From: a virus
Strand: one strand, 5' to 3'
Length of the DNA stretch: 64,000 nt
Virus record (IMG/VR): IMGVR_UViG_3300020442_002635
Location: 24,417 to 88,416 of that record
The position numbers were made by a program, and so were the translations under genes. A model generated the notes under the pieces. That model did not search any database. It was not told where the DNA came from and was given only the letters and a program-made list of their open reading frames with translations. This document shows positions 20,318-28,395 of the stretch, in pieces (within the stretch, counting starts at the first letter, position 1; every line of letters starts with the position of its first letter).

Positions 20318-21457
20318 TCAAGGTTCCTTTAGGAAGGCAATAGCACTACTATTGGCATATCCATGTGCTTGCTTCCATTGTGTTCCTGGAAGTTGAACTG
20401 GCGATGAACGTAGTACTCGGCCATTAAGACCTAACTGACCAGACTGATTAACACCCCATACCCAGAATGTGTCATCAGTTTTAAGTCCTTGTATATATCC
20501 GTTACCTGCTCCTATAAAACTCCATGTTCCTGGAACTTGAACTGGTGATGAACGATTCGCTTTATCACTTTGAGCCAGCTGTCCATATCCATCATAACCC
20601 CACATCCATAATGTTCCATCAGTCTTGGTTGCAGCACCAGCAGCCCAACCACCTTCAACTATATCCCAATATGTTCCTGGAATTTGAACCGGTGATGAAT
20701 ATTGTACTCTATCATTTTGAGCATAGTTTCCATATCCATTATTTCCCCACCCCCATAATGTTCCATCAGTTTTAGATGCCATCATAAAAGGTCCACCAGC
20801 ATGTATTTTATTCCATTGAGTTCCTGAAATTTGTTTTGGTGATGAATATGTTACTCGATTATTTTGACCTAATCTACCGTCACCATTTTCTCCCATTACC
20901 CACAGTGTTCCATCAGTTTTAGATGCCATTAGATCACCATTGCCCCCTCTAACCAGATCCCACTGTGTTCCTGGAACTTGAGTTGGTGAAGAACGATCTA
21001 CTGTATCACTATGACCAGCTCGTCCATTACCATTATGTCCCCATGTCCATAGTGTTCCATCAGTCTTGGTTGCAACTTGAGTTCCACTATTTTCTGATGC
21101 AATATATTTCCATGTCGTTCCTGGAATTTGAATTGGTGATGAACGTGATACTACATCATTCTGACCTAATTGACCATTGGTGCCGGCACCCCATATCCAA
21201 AGTGTTCCATCAGTTTTGGTTGCCATCAAATTACCATAAACATCACTGGTAATCCTCGACCATGTTGTTCCTGGAATTTGTGTTGGTGATGAACGTTGTA
21301 CTGTATCATTCTGTCCAAGTCTTGCACCTGCATTATCTCCTGAGACATATAATAAAAATGGTCCAGGTATCGCTGATGGATCAGAATAACTATTTTTCCC
21401 ATCTTTAGTTAGATCATAGAGGCCATCCAGGTCCCAGGTGTTCTTTCTTATACTCAT
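20318..21457 (-). CDS. RCC1-like 7-blade propeller protein, class C (short N-terminal W-x-L peptide)
   Basis: MSIRKNTWDL leader then 7 repeats; start overlaps the stop of the upstream oxygenase (ATGA). Confidence 0.8.
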   Translation of the reverse strand: MSIRKNTWDLDGLYDLTKDGKNSYSDPSAIPGPFLLYVSGDNAGARLGQNDTVQRSSPTQIPGTTWSRITSDVYGNLMATKTDGTLWIWGAGTNGQLGQNDVVSRSSPIQIPGTTWKYIASENSGTQVATKTDGTLWTWGHNGNGRAGHSDTVDRSSPTQVPGTQWDLVRGGNGDLMASKTDGTLWVMGENGDGRLGQNNRVTYSSPKQISGTQWNKIHAGGPFMMASKTDGTLWGWGNNGYGNYAQNDRVQYSSPVQIPGTYWDIVEGGWAAGAATKTDGTLWMWGYDGYGQLAQSDKANRSSPVQVPGTWSFIGAGNGYIQGLKTDDTFWVWGVNQSGQLGLNGRVLRSSPVQLPGTQWKQAHGYANSSAIAFLKEP

Positions 21458-22056
21458 TGTACCTCAGAGTAATTGATTCCGCTATCTGACTTATTTAGTT
21501 TAGTCCAACTCACAAAAGAATATTTAGTTCCACTTTGGAGTTCTGAACTATAATGAACATGAGTAATTGCTGATGGAGCAAGAATCATTGTACCAATAGG
21601 AGTATCTTTATTGGTAAACTGTTGACGAGGATAGATCAGTTCCCCTCCACTATAACCATGATTGAGTTTAATTGTACCAGTATACAAACTATCATCAGCA
21701 TGTGGACGCAGGCCTCTCTGACCTTCCATTGTATACTTAATGATAAAAGGTACTTTCCAACCAACAAACCATTGATCACTTGGTAAACCAATTTTTTGTT
21801 CCAAGAAAGGAGAGATGACACGTTTCCAGTGCTGACAATAGTTTAAGTAGAACAAATCACTAATTCTACTGATACGTATCTCTTGACCATACACAGGGTC
21901 TCCTGGTTGGCTCTGAAACCCACCTTCAATGTTCTCTGCAATATTGATCAGTGCTTCACAGAATTCTGGTTTCCAGAACTCAACAGCATACATATCATTT
22001 CCAAGATCCCATGTCTTGGGATTTTCTACTACAGCATCTAAGTAAGTATTATTCAT
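21454..22056 (-). CDS. 2OG-Fe(II) oxygenase, PLOD/procollagen lysyl hydroxylase-like
   Basis: FIIKY...Q..LRPHADDS.YT..I.LN..Y.GG...THVH....SGTKY.FVSW matches the PLOD catalytic domain pattern (FVVRY...QPSLRPHHDSS.FT...THYHEG...GTRY.MVSF). Confidence 0.75.
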   Translation of the reverse strand: MNNTYLDAVVENPKTWDLGNDMYAVEFWKPEFCEALINIAENIEGGFQSQPGDPVYGQEIRISRISDLFYLNYCQHWKRVISPFLEQKIGLPSDQWFVGWKVPFIIKYTMEGQRGLRPHADDSLYTGTIKLNHGYSGGELIYPRQQFTNKDTPIGTMILAPSAITHVHYSSELQSGTKYSFVSWTKLNKSDSGINYSEVQ

Positions 22057-22718
22057 TTCAGTAACTCATCACACTTGTCATAGAAAAGACTGTTGTATAT
22101 ATTCAATCGAGTCTCAAATAGATGATAGAACATATTCACACCAAGATGATTTGAGTATGTTGTTCCAATACCATACTCACCACGTCCTTGACCAAGATCC
22201 CATACTGCATTTCTTGGACGACGTTGGAAATGAGTTGGCATATAGAATTCTACTTCTTTACCACGTTTCTCTGCTTCTAATGTATAGAAACCACAGGTAT
22301 CAGCATTACGATGATCTGGCATGAATGTTAACCTGTTGAATTCCTCAAACATTTGACGACTCAGACAAAATGTTGATGGAGCAGCATACATGTGCTCTGG
22401 ATTTTCTAGGTGAGCTCCAATTTGTGCATTACCCACTAGTTTACCATTCTCTACTTGATCAAATGTATACTCAAGCGCATATTGATTCAATGGAATGCAA
22501 TCAACGTCAAGGAGCATGACAGTATCATATCCTTTATTGAATAGTTCATTGAATCCATACTCAACTCCTTGAGGATGAATAACTTCCTCTCCATGTGTTT
22601 GTGAACACAAAGGAAGAAAGTCTGCTGTCTTATTAAACTTTTTGATTACTTCACTTTGAAGACGTACAATCTCTTCATCAATAGAAAGATTATAGAATGT
22701 AAATATTGCTCTCTTCAT
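22053..22718 (-). CDS. GT-A glycosyltransferase-like protein (paralog of 23332..24033)
   Basis: LLDVDCIPL (DxD), GNAQ, YAAP, G.GT.Y shared with the paralog. Confidence 0.55.
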   Translation of the reverse strand: MKRAIFTFYNLSIDEEIVRLQSEVIKKFNKTADFLPLCSQTHGEEVIHPQGVEYGFNELFNKGYDTVMLLDVDCIPLNQYALEYTFDQVENGKLVGNAQIGAHLENPEHMYAAPSTFCLSRQMFEEFNRLTFMPDHRNADTCGFYTLEAEKRGKEVEFYMPTHFQRRPRNAVWDLGQGRGEYGIGTTYSNHLGVNMFYHLFETRLNIYNSLFYDKCDELLK

Positions 22719-23329
22719 GATGCTCCATTCACCCTTGCGTACATATTTGCTGCGACAACATATCTAGGTTCTTCAGAATCTGGTAGAACACTCTTATGAG
22801 ATAACCATCCAGGGAAAATAATCCAACTGTATTCATACCCTGCAATTGATTGAAACTGACTGCCAAGTGCAGGGGCTGTTCGTGGATCATGAAATTCTGT
22901 TCCACCTACTGCAGGATCACCAGGAACTTTAATGTAATAAACTCCAGAAAGAAATGCGGGATTATGATGATGCCATGGGTTTTGTTGTCCTTGCTCCATA
23001 GATTTCCATGACTTATATACCCATGCACTACATCCTGTAAATTCGATATTCTGTTGTTGCGAACAGAACTGTGGTGTTGCTTCAAGATAGTTTTCACATG
23101 CTCTCACAAAAGTTCTCTTCAACTTCTGCCATACTGCAGGAGCATCATTCTGAAAAATAACCAATGATGTCTGATACTTTGGCGTCAACTCATTATCAGT
23201 ATAAACACCATTTTCAATCAACATATCAGTGCTATCCATCATATCCTGATGATCTTGGGGATTGATGAAGTCACTGCAATCTGTTCTTACAGCATTTGTT
23301 GGAAATAGATTATAAGTTTCTACTTTCAT
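22715..23329 (-). CDS. 2OG-Fe(II) oxygenase (TIGR02466-like)
   Basis: AWV...WHHH...LSGVYY...GGTEF.DPR...IFPGWL.H...RYVVAAN. Confidence 0.85.
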   Translation of the reverse strand: MKVETYNLFPTNAVRTDCSDFINPQDHQDMMDSTDMLIENGVYTDNELTPKYQTSLVIFQNDAPAVWQKLKRTFVRACENYLEATPQFCSQQQNIEFTGCSAWVYKSWKSMEQGQQNPWHHHNPAFLSGVYYIKVPGDPAVGGTEFHDPRTAPALGSQFQSIAGYEYSWIIFPGWLSHKSVLPDSEEPRYVVAANMYARVNGAS

Positions 23330-23331
23330 GT

Positions 23332-24033
23332 TTAATAAAATTTAGATGAATAGTTTGGTTTAATCTCTCTACCTGAAATTATATCATTGACTCTCCTGTT
23401 CCACAACTCAGGTAGTTCTTCTTTATCAATAAAATCACTAATCCTAAAATAGTGCCATGATCCAGGATATAGTGTTCCTTTACCCATATAACCATAGTGT
23501 GCAAGTGTTGAACGATGGCTATCAAATCCAGTGGGATAAATTAAACGATAGTCCATACCAATTTGATTTGCACGATTTGTAATCTCCTGTGCAGTATCAA
23601 TCAACAACTCACCACCATTCTCAAGTGGAATATGATATGCCTTGAAACTAGGTTTTCCTAATTTCTCCCATCCTTTCTTTGAGACAAGAATTAGTCCAGG
23701 TGCTGCATACAAATAGTTTTTGTGTGGCATGTGCCCAATATTCTGAGCATTACCTACGAAAGAATCATTTGCCTTAGCCCATGAATATGCAGAATATAAT
23801 ACATCTTCACTAGTAGGAAGACAATCAATGTCAATAAAACATACAACATCATCATCTTCCTGCTCCATCATCTTGGTTTCAAATTCACCATGAGCAAAGA
23901 ATGCCTCATCAAAAGTATCAAATGCAGGGTATTCGTGATAGTGAACTTCAAGTCCTACTCTTTCAGAACATTTTTTATGATCTTCAACTATTTGTTTGGG
24001 AAGATTGTGAGTATAGAAACTATGAAATCTCAC
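23332..24033 (-). CDS. GT-A glycosyltransferase-like protein (paralog of 22053..22718)
   Basis: FIDIDCLP (DxD), GNAQ, YAAPG, GKGTLY. Confidence 0.55.
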   Translation of the reverse strand: MRFHSFYTHNLPKQIVEDHKKCSERVGLEVHYHEYPAFDTFDEAFFAHGEFETKMMEQEDDDVVCFIDIDCLPTSEDVLYSAYSWAKANDSFVGNAQNIGHMPHKNYLYAAPGLILVSKKGWEKLGKPSFKAYHIPLENGGELLIDTAQEITNRANQIGMDYRLIYPTGFDSHRSTLAHYGYMGKGTLYPGSWHYFRISDFIDKEELPELWNRRVNDIISGREIKPNYSSKFY

Positions 24034-25321
24034 GTTCTAAAACCTCATGTAGAACTTTAATTGCATCATCCCACTTATTGTATTGAGATTGTTTGATGAC
24101 TGTTACATTATCACCATACCATTCATACTTATCTGAAGCCCAGGTGATATAAGCAACAAGTGGTGGCATCACAATAACTCGTTTACCCATTGCACCTGCA
24201 AGGTGTGCAGTTGCAGTACATGATGTGATGATTAGATCACTCTCTTCAAAAATATTGTAGGTATCAGTCCAATCATTGATGAGATGAGTTATATCCCATA
24301 CTGGAGCATTCTTTGGAAGATCACATTCTTCCATTTGAAGAGAGAACAATTGTCCATACTTATCCAGTTTGAGAATTTCTTCAACTGGAATACTACGAAA
24401 CTGATCATGTTCAAACTCTGGATTACCTTTCCATCGAACACAAATCTTCTTTCGACCTTTTGCAACTTCATTCATCTCAGGAACTGGTTTTGCTTCCATC
24501 TTGAGATAAGGAAACTCTACACCTTCACAAGGATGATCTAGTTTCAAAAGATATGGAGCTGACATTGCAGGAACAAACTTATTCCACTTGGTTCTTACAA
24601 TATCTTCAGTTAGATATACATTCTCATAACCACATGCTTCAAACAAAGATTTTGTTTTTGGTGTTGCAAAGATCTTAAGTGTATTGCAATACTTCTTGAA
24701 ATGGTTTGCATATCGAATGAAGATCATTTCATCACCCATACCACCTTCAAGATAGTATGCAATAGTATCTACTGTTTCACCATTCCAACGACTTTCTTCA
24801 CCAATATTGTACTTCAGTTTCAACAACCATTCATGACCCCACACACGAAGATTGGCACCTGTACGAACATATTCATATCCTTTATAAAAATCTTCTTCCA
24901 TAAGAAACCACCCATAGTTAAATGAGGCTTGGGGAATCTTATCTGCAAGTGGTTTCAGGATACGAACACTCTCATCAAACTTTCCTTGTGCAGTCGTATA
25001 CAAAGAAAGATCGATCTGAGTCATAGGATCTTCACGAACTTGTTTTGGAAGTGATTTGATTATTTTTTCTGCTTCAGGAGCACGACGTAGATAATATAGA
25101 CACTTTGCTCTGTTTACCTTAATTTGTGGAGATGGATTCTTAATGTTGTTAAGAACTACAAGTGCCTTGTCAAATTCTTTATCATCATGATGAATCTTTG
25201 CAAGACTATTTGCAACCTCAGGATCATCTTCATGTTTCAGATATGCAATTGCAAGTCCTTTTGCTGCTTGAGGTTCTCCTTTCTCAATCAATTCAAGAAT
25301 AAGTTGTCTAATCATAATCAA
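24020..25321 (-). CDS. TPR + GT-B (GT9-like) glycosyltransferase
   Basis: Helical TPR-like N-terminus; EGGMGD...RY; W.GNP....D..RS; SLQ; DLIITSCTATAHLAGAMG; WY. Confidence 0.75.
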   Translation of the reverse strand: MIMIRQLILELIEKGEPQAAKGLAIAYLKHEDDPEVANSLAKIHHDDKEFDKALVVLNNIKNPSPQIKVNRAKCLYYLRRAPEAEKIIKSLPKQVREDPMTQIDLSLYTTAQGKFDESVRILKPLADKIPQASFNYGWFLMEEDFYKGYEYVRTGANLRVWGHEWLLKLKYNIGEESRWNGETVDTIAYYLEGGMGDEMIFIRYANHFKKYCNTLKIFATPKTKSLFEACGYENVYLTEDIVRTKWNKFVPAMSAPYLLKLDHPCEGVEFPYLKMEAKPVPEMNEVAKGRKKICVRWKGNPEFEHDQFRSIPVEEILKLDKYGQLFSLQMEECDLPKNAPVWDITHLINDWTDTYNIFEESDLIITSCTATAHLAGAMGKRVIVMPPLVAYITWASDKYEWYGDNVTVIKQSQYNKWDDAIKVLHEVLEREIS

Positions 25322-25896
25322 TAAACTCTCTTTGTTCCTGCTTCCAATCCAATGTTTGGTCTCGTATCATATAACTTATCTTGATACGGTCCATTTGCTT
25401 CCACATAATGCATGAAGATCTGATACTGTGTTGTTCCTTGGAATGGTTCTCTCCAATGAACAACTTTATCTCCTCTATAAACTACAGCATCACCTTCACT
25501 TAGATTTGCATGGACTGCACGATTTTCATCTTGAAATGAAAGTGGCCATAGTGCATCATACTCTCCACCTAATGAGACAGAGACAGAATGCTGACACTCT
25601 GGACGATCCTTATGAGGAAGTAGATCTGCTCCATTGAAGTAGATCCTTGCATATGTGTATGTTGGTAGCAATTTCTTTCCAACACTCTCTTCTACCATAG
25701 GTAGACACATTAGCATCAACATATCAAATGCAGGATCTCCATAGATGCCAAGAGATTTTTCTACCTGATCATCACCTTTGTTTGGAACTTGATCATTCCT
25801 TCTCAAAAGTTCAAAGTAGTTTCTTAGATATTGAGCAAGATACTGTGGAATAAAACCTTGTCTTATATCAAATCCTTTCTGTTCGTATTGTGTCAT
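25318..25896 (-). CDS. 2OG-Fe(II) oxygenase
   Basis: LLPTYTYARIY..G..L..HKDR..C..S...GDAV.Y.G...HWRE...QIFMHYV. Confidence 0.8.
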   Translation of the reverse strand: MTQYEQKGFDIRQGFIPQYLAQYLRNYFELLRRNDQVPNKGDDQVEKSLGIYGDPAFDMLMLMCLPMVEESVGKKLLPTYTYARIYFNGADLLPHKDRPECQHSVSVSLGGEYDALWPLSFQDENRAVHANLSEGDAVVYRGDKVVHWREPFQGTTQYQIFMHYVEANGPYQDKLYDTRPNIGLEAGTKRVY

Positions 25897-26458
25897 AAAG
25901 TCGCTGCTCTGTCTCTAACCATGAAACCAATGTATATCTGAATCCATACTTAACTGGATGCACTTTATGTGCAAATTCATGAGAAGAAGGGAATGCTATC
26001 ATCATACCTTTCTTTGGTCTGATAGTCAATCCTAAGTGAGTAAACTCAAGTTCTCCACCCATATAGTCATCATTGAGATAGTAAAGAATAGAAATATCTC
26101 TAGGAGCAATTCTCTTCCACTTACCATCCTCAAACTGTTCAGAATCATTGTGTTCTATATAGTGACCTCCAACAGGATAACCTAGAAACTGAACTGGTTC
26201 TATATTTTTAACTTTTGAATTATATTTCTTGTGCATGTATTGATCATAACAAGACATCACTGCTGAATTAAGATTCAACAGCATTTCATGTGGGATAGGA
26301 TACCACAAGGTTTTTCTTGTGGTATGTTCCACATCTTGGTCATCACTCGACCCAACAGTCGCATATGATGTTTCTTGATTTGTCAATTTCATCAATTCAT
26401 GAATGTGATAATCAGGCACCACATTCGGTTGAATAATAATTTGATCAAAAGGATTCAT
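25868..26458 (-). CDS. 2OG-Fe(II) oxygenase, prolyl 4-hydroxylase-like (P4Hc)
   Basis: EPVQF..Y..GGHY..HND...R.IS...YLNDDY.GGEL.F...PKKG....FPS...H.V.PV..G.RY..V.W. Confidence 0.85.
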   Translation of the reverse strand: MNPFDQIIIQPNVVPDYHIHELMKLTNQETSYATVGSSDDQDVEHTTRKTLWYPIPHEMLLNLNSAVMSCYDQYMHKKYNSKVKNIEPVQFLGYPVGGHYIEHNDSEQFEDGKWKRIAPRDISILYYLNDDYMGGELEFTHLGLTIRPKKGMMIAFPSSHEFAHKVHPVKYGFRYTLVSWLETEQRLYDTIRTERI

Positions 26459-26482
26459 AATTTAGAAATTTTGATTATTTAT
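26456..26482 (-). promoter_or_regulatory. Late promoter plus leader ATAAATAATCAAAATTTCTAAATTATG
   Basis: Heads the P4H-led enzyme run. Confidence 0.7.
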
Positions 26483-27642
26483 ACTGGGACTTTAAAAATC
26501 ATGTTTTGGTATGATAGAGACCCTCCACCCCTTGATATTTCTTTGCCAAAGGGACTAATAGTGCTCCATTGAGTTCCTGGAATTTGAACTGGTGATGACC
26601 TAGCAGGGAAAGCTGAATCAAGAGCAGTCCCCCATTTCCAAAGTGTCCCATCAGTTTTAACTCCAAAAGTGTGGTATCTACCATTACCACCTACCTGAGC
26701 CCAACTTGTTCCTGGAATTTGTTTTGGTGATGAATAATTTATTCCGTGGTTATTGTGACCCAACTCGCCATTATCATTATTACCCCATGACCATAATGTT
26801 CCATCAGTTTGAGTAGCATAACCTCTGAGATAAGAACCACCCAGTTTATCCCATGATCCTGGAAGTTGAACGGGACTGCCGTTTGATCCAGTAGCACTAT
26901 TAAGACCTAATCTTCCACCTACTCTATTTCCCCATACCCATAGGGTTCCATCAGTTTTCTTTGCCATTGCAGCTTCGCCAACGGTTTCTACTTGAGTGGT
27001 CCAATATGTTCCTGGTATTTGAATTGGTGATGAATGTTGAACACCCCCACCATTTCCACCTAGCTGATTGGAGCCGCCGGCACCCCATGCCCACAATGTT
27101 CCATCAGTCTTGGTTGCTAACATTGCATTCAAATTGCCATGTACTGATCTCCAATCTGTTCCTGGAATTTGTTTTGGCGATGAATAATTTACTCTATCAT
27201 TAACACCACACTCACCATTAGAATTATATCCCCACGTCCATAATGTTCCATCAGTTTTAAGGGCAGCTCCTCCATATTGGTGGGCAGTTACAGCTGTCCA
27301 ATTTGTTCCTGGAACTTGAGTTGGTGATGAACGAGGTATTACATCATTTATGGGTATTTCTCCAGAGGAGGCTGAAGTATATCCCCATGACCATAATGTT
27401 CCATCACTTTTTACACCATGAGTATTAAGATAACCTGTAGAAATATCTACCCAAGTTCCTGGCATTTGTACTGGTGATGAACGAGGTGCTCTATCATTTA
27501 TACCCAAATCGCCATAGGCATTATACCCCCATACCCACATTTGATAAGGACCATTCTGGTCAACATATGTCCAATACCCAGCATTATCTTTATGGTAGGC
27601 GTCGTTTAAAAGCCAAACACCACTTGTTTCAGAGGAAATCAT
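26479..27642 (-). CDS. RCC1-like 7-blade propeller protein, class C
   Basis: SGVWLL...AGYW leader; 7 repeats. Confidence 0.8.
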   Translation of the reverse strand: MISSETSGVWLLNDAYHKDNAGYWTYVDQNGPYQMWVWGYNAYGDLGINDRAPRSSPVQMPGTWVDISTGYLNTHGVKSDGTLWSWGYTSASSGEIPINDVIPRSSPTQVPGTNWTAVTAHQYGGAALKTDGTLWTWGYNSNGECGVNDRVNYSSPKQIPGTDWRSVHGNLNAMLATKTDGTLWAWGAGGSNQLGGNGGGVQHSSPIQIPGTYWTTQVETVGEAAMAKKTDGTLWVWGNRVGGRLGLNSATGSNGSPVQLPGSWDKLGGSYLRGYATQTDGTLWSWGNNDNGELGHNNHGINYSSPKQIPGTSWAQVGGNGRYHTFGVKTDGTLWKWGTALDSAFPARSSPVQIPGTQWSTISPFGKEISRGGGSLSYQNMIFKVPV

Positions 27643-27652
27643 TTATTTACCC

Positions 27653-28354
27653 TCAGTCTAGATGTTCCCAGCGAATAGAAAGTGAAGGATCATAGTGTCC
27701 TACGATAACATCTCTATCATCAACACCAACACCAACACCACTTTCTTCTGTACCAATCTTTTCTGGTTTGGTGATTTCTGTCCAACTAGCTAATGCATTG
27801 GCAAGACTAGAATCATCGAATGACAGACCTTCAAGTCTATCAGTGATTTTACCACGCAAACCAGCAATCTTTGCTTCAGTTGTTCTGAATGCTTCGTGAT
27901 TGGTTACAATCTTGGTTGCCATTGCAAGTGTTGTCAACCCTCTTGCAGTTGCTTCTGTTGCAACAATACCAGCATCAGCACTATTATCTGCAACATATGC
28001 CTTTGCTAGGTCATACTTATAAACGCCGGCAATAGTAGCAGTATCTCCATACTTACTAAATTGAGAACTACGAATTCCTTTCTCTTGCTCATATGCAAGA
28101 TTGGTTCTACCCAATTTTAATGCATTAAATCCATCTTTAATAACTGCAATATATGCTGCCTCGGTGATTTCAAAGATGTAATTATCATCATCAGCTGCTG
28201 CAGAATCATCAGCAGTTGCATATGTCAAACCATCAAATTCAAAGATGTTAGCAAGACCAGCTAGATTTGGATTAGTTGGACCTTCTACTGGTTTTTCAAT
28301 TTCGACGGATTTTCCAGTCGAAGCATCGACCTTGTAAAACTTAAAGAACTTCAT
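27653..28354 (-). CDS. Tail-fibre-associated (assembly/chaperone-like) protein
   Basis: EATARG.T...MA.KI...F...AKIAGLR helical motif, which I associate with genes next to phage tail fibres; own TATAAATA late promoter. Confidence 0.4.
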   Translation of the reverse strand: MKFFKFYKVDASTGKSVEIEKPVEGPTNPNLAGLANIFEFDGLTYATADDSAAADDDNYIFEITEAAYIAVIKDGFNALKLGRTNLAYEQEKGIRSSQFSKYGDTATIAGVYKYDLAKAYVADNSADAGIVATEATARGLTTLAMATKIVTNHEAFRTTEAKIAGLRGKITDRLEGLSFDDSSLANALASWTEITKPEKIGTEESGVGVGVDDRDVIVGHYDPSLSIRWEHLD

Positions 28355-28375
28355 TGTTATTCCCGTGTTTATGAG

Positions 28376-28383
28376 TATTTATA
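28376..28383 (-). promoter_or_regulatory. T4-type late promoter TATAAATA
   Basis: Perfect consensus upstream of 27653..28354. Confidence 0.75.
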
Positions 28384-28395
28384 AGTTATTAGTAT

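Noticed and set aside
13402-26458. DNA hypermodification cluster (TET/JBP plus GT)
   Set aside because: The oxygenases resemble P4H, PLOD and TIGR02466 types rather than TET/JBP; there are no methyltransferase or nucleotide kinase genes; promoters are late-type and the neighbours are structural. Disfavoured, not excluded.
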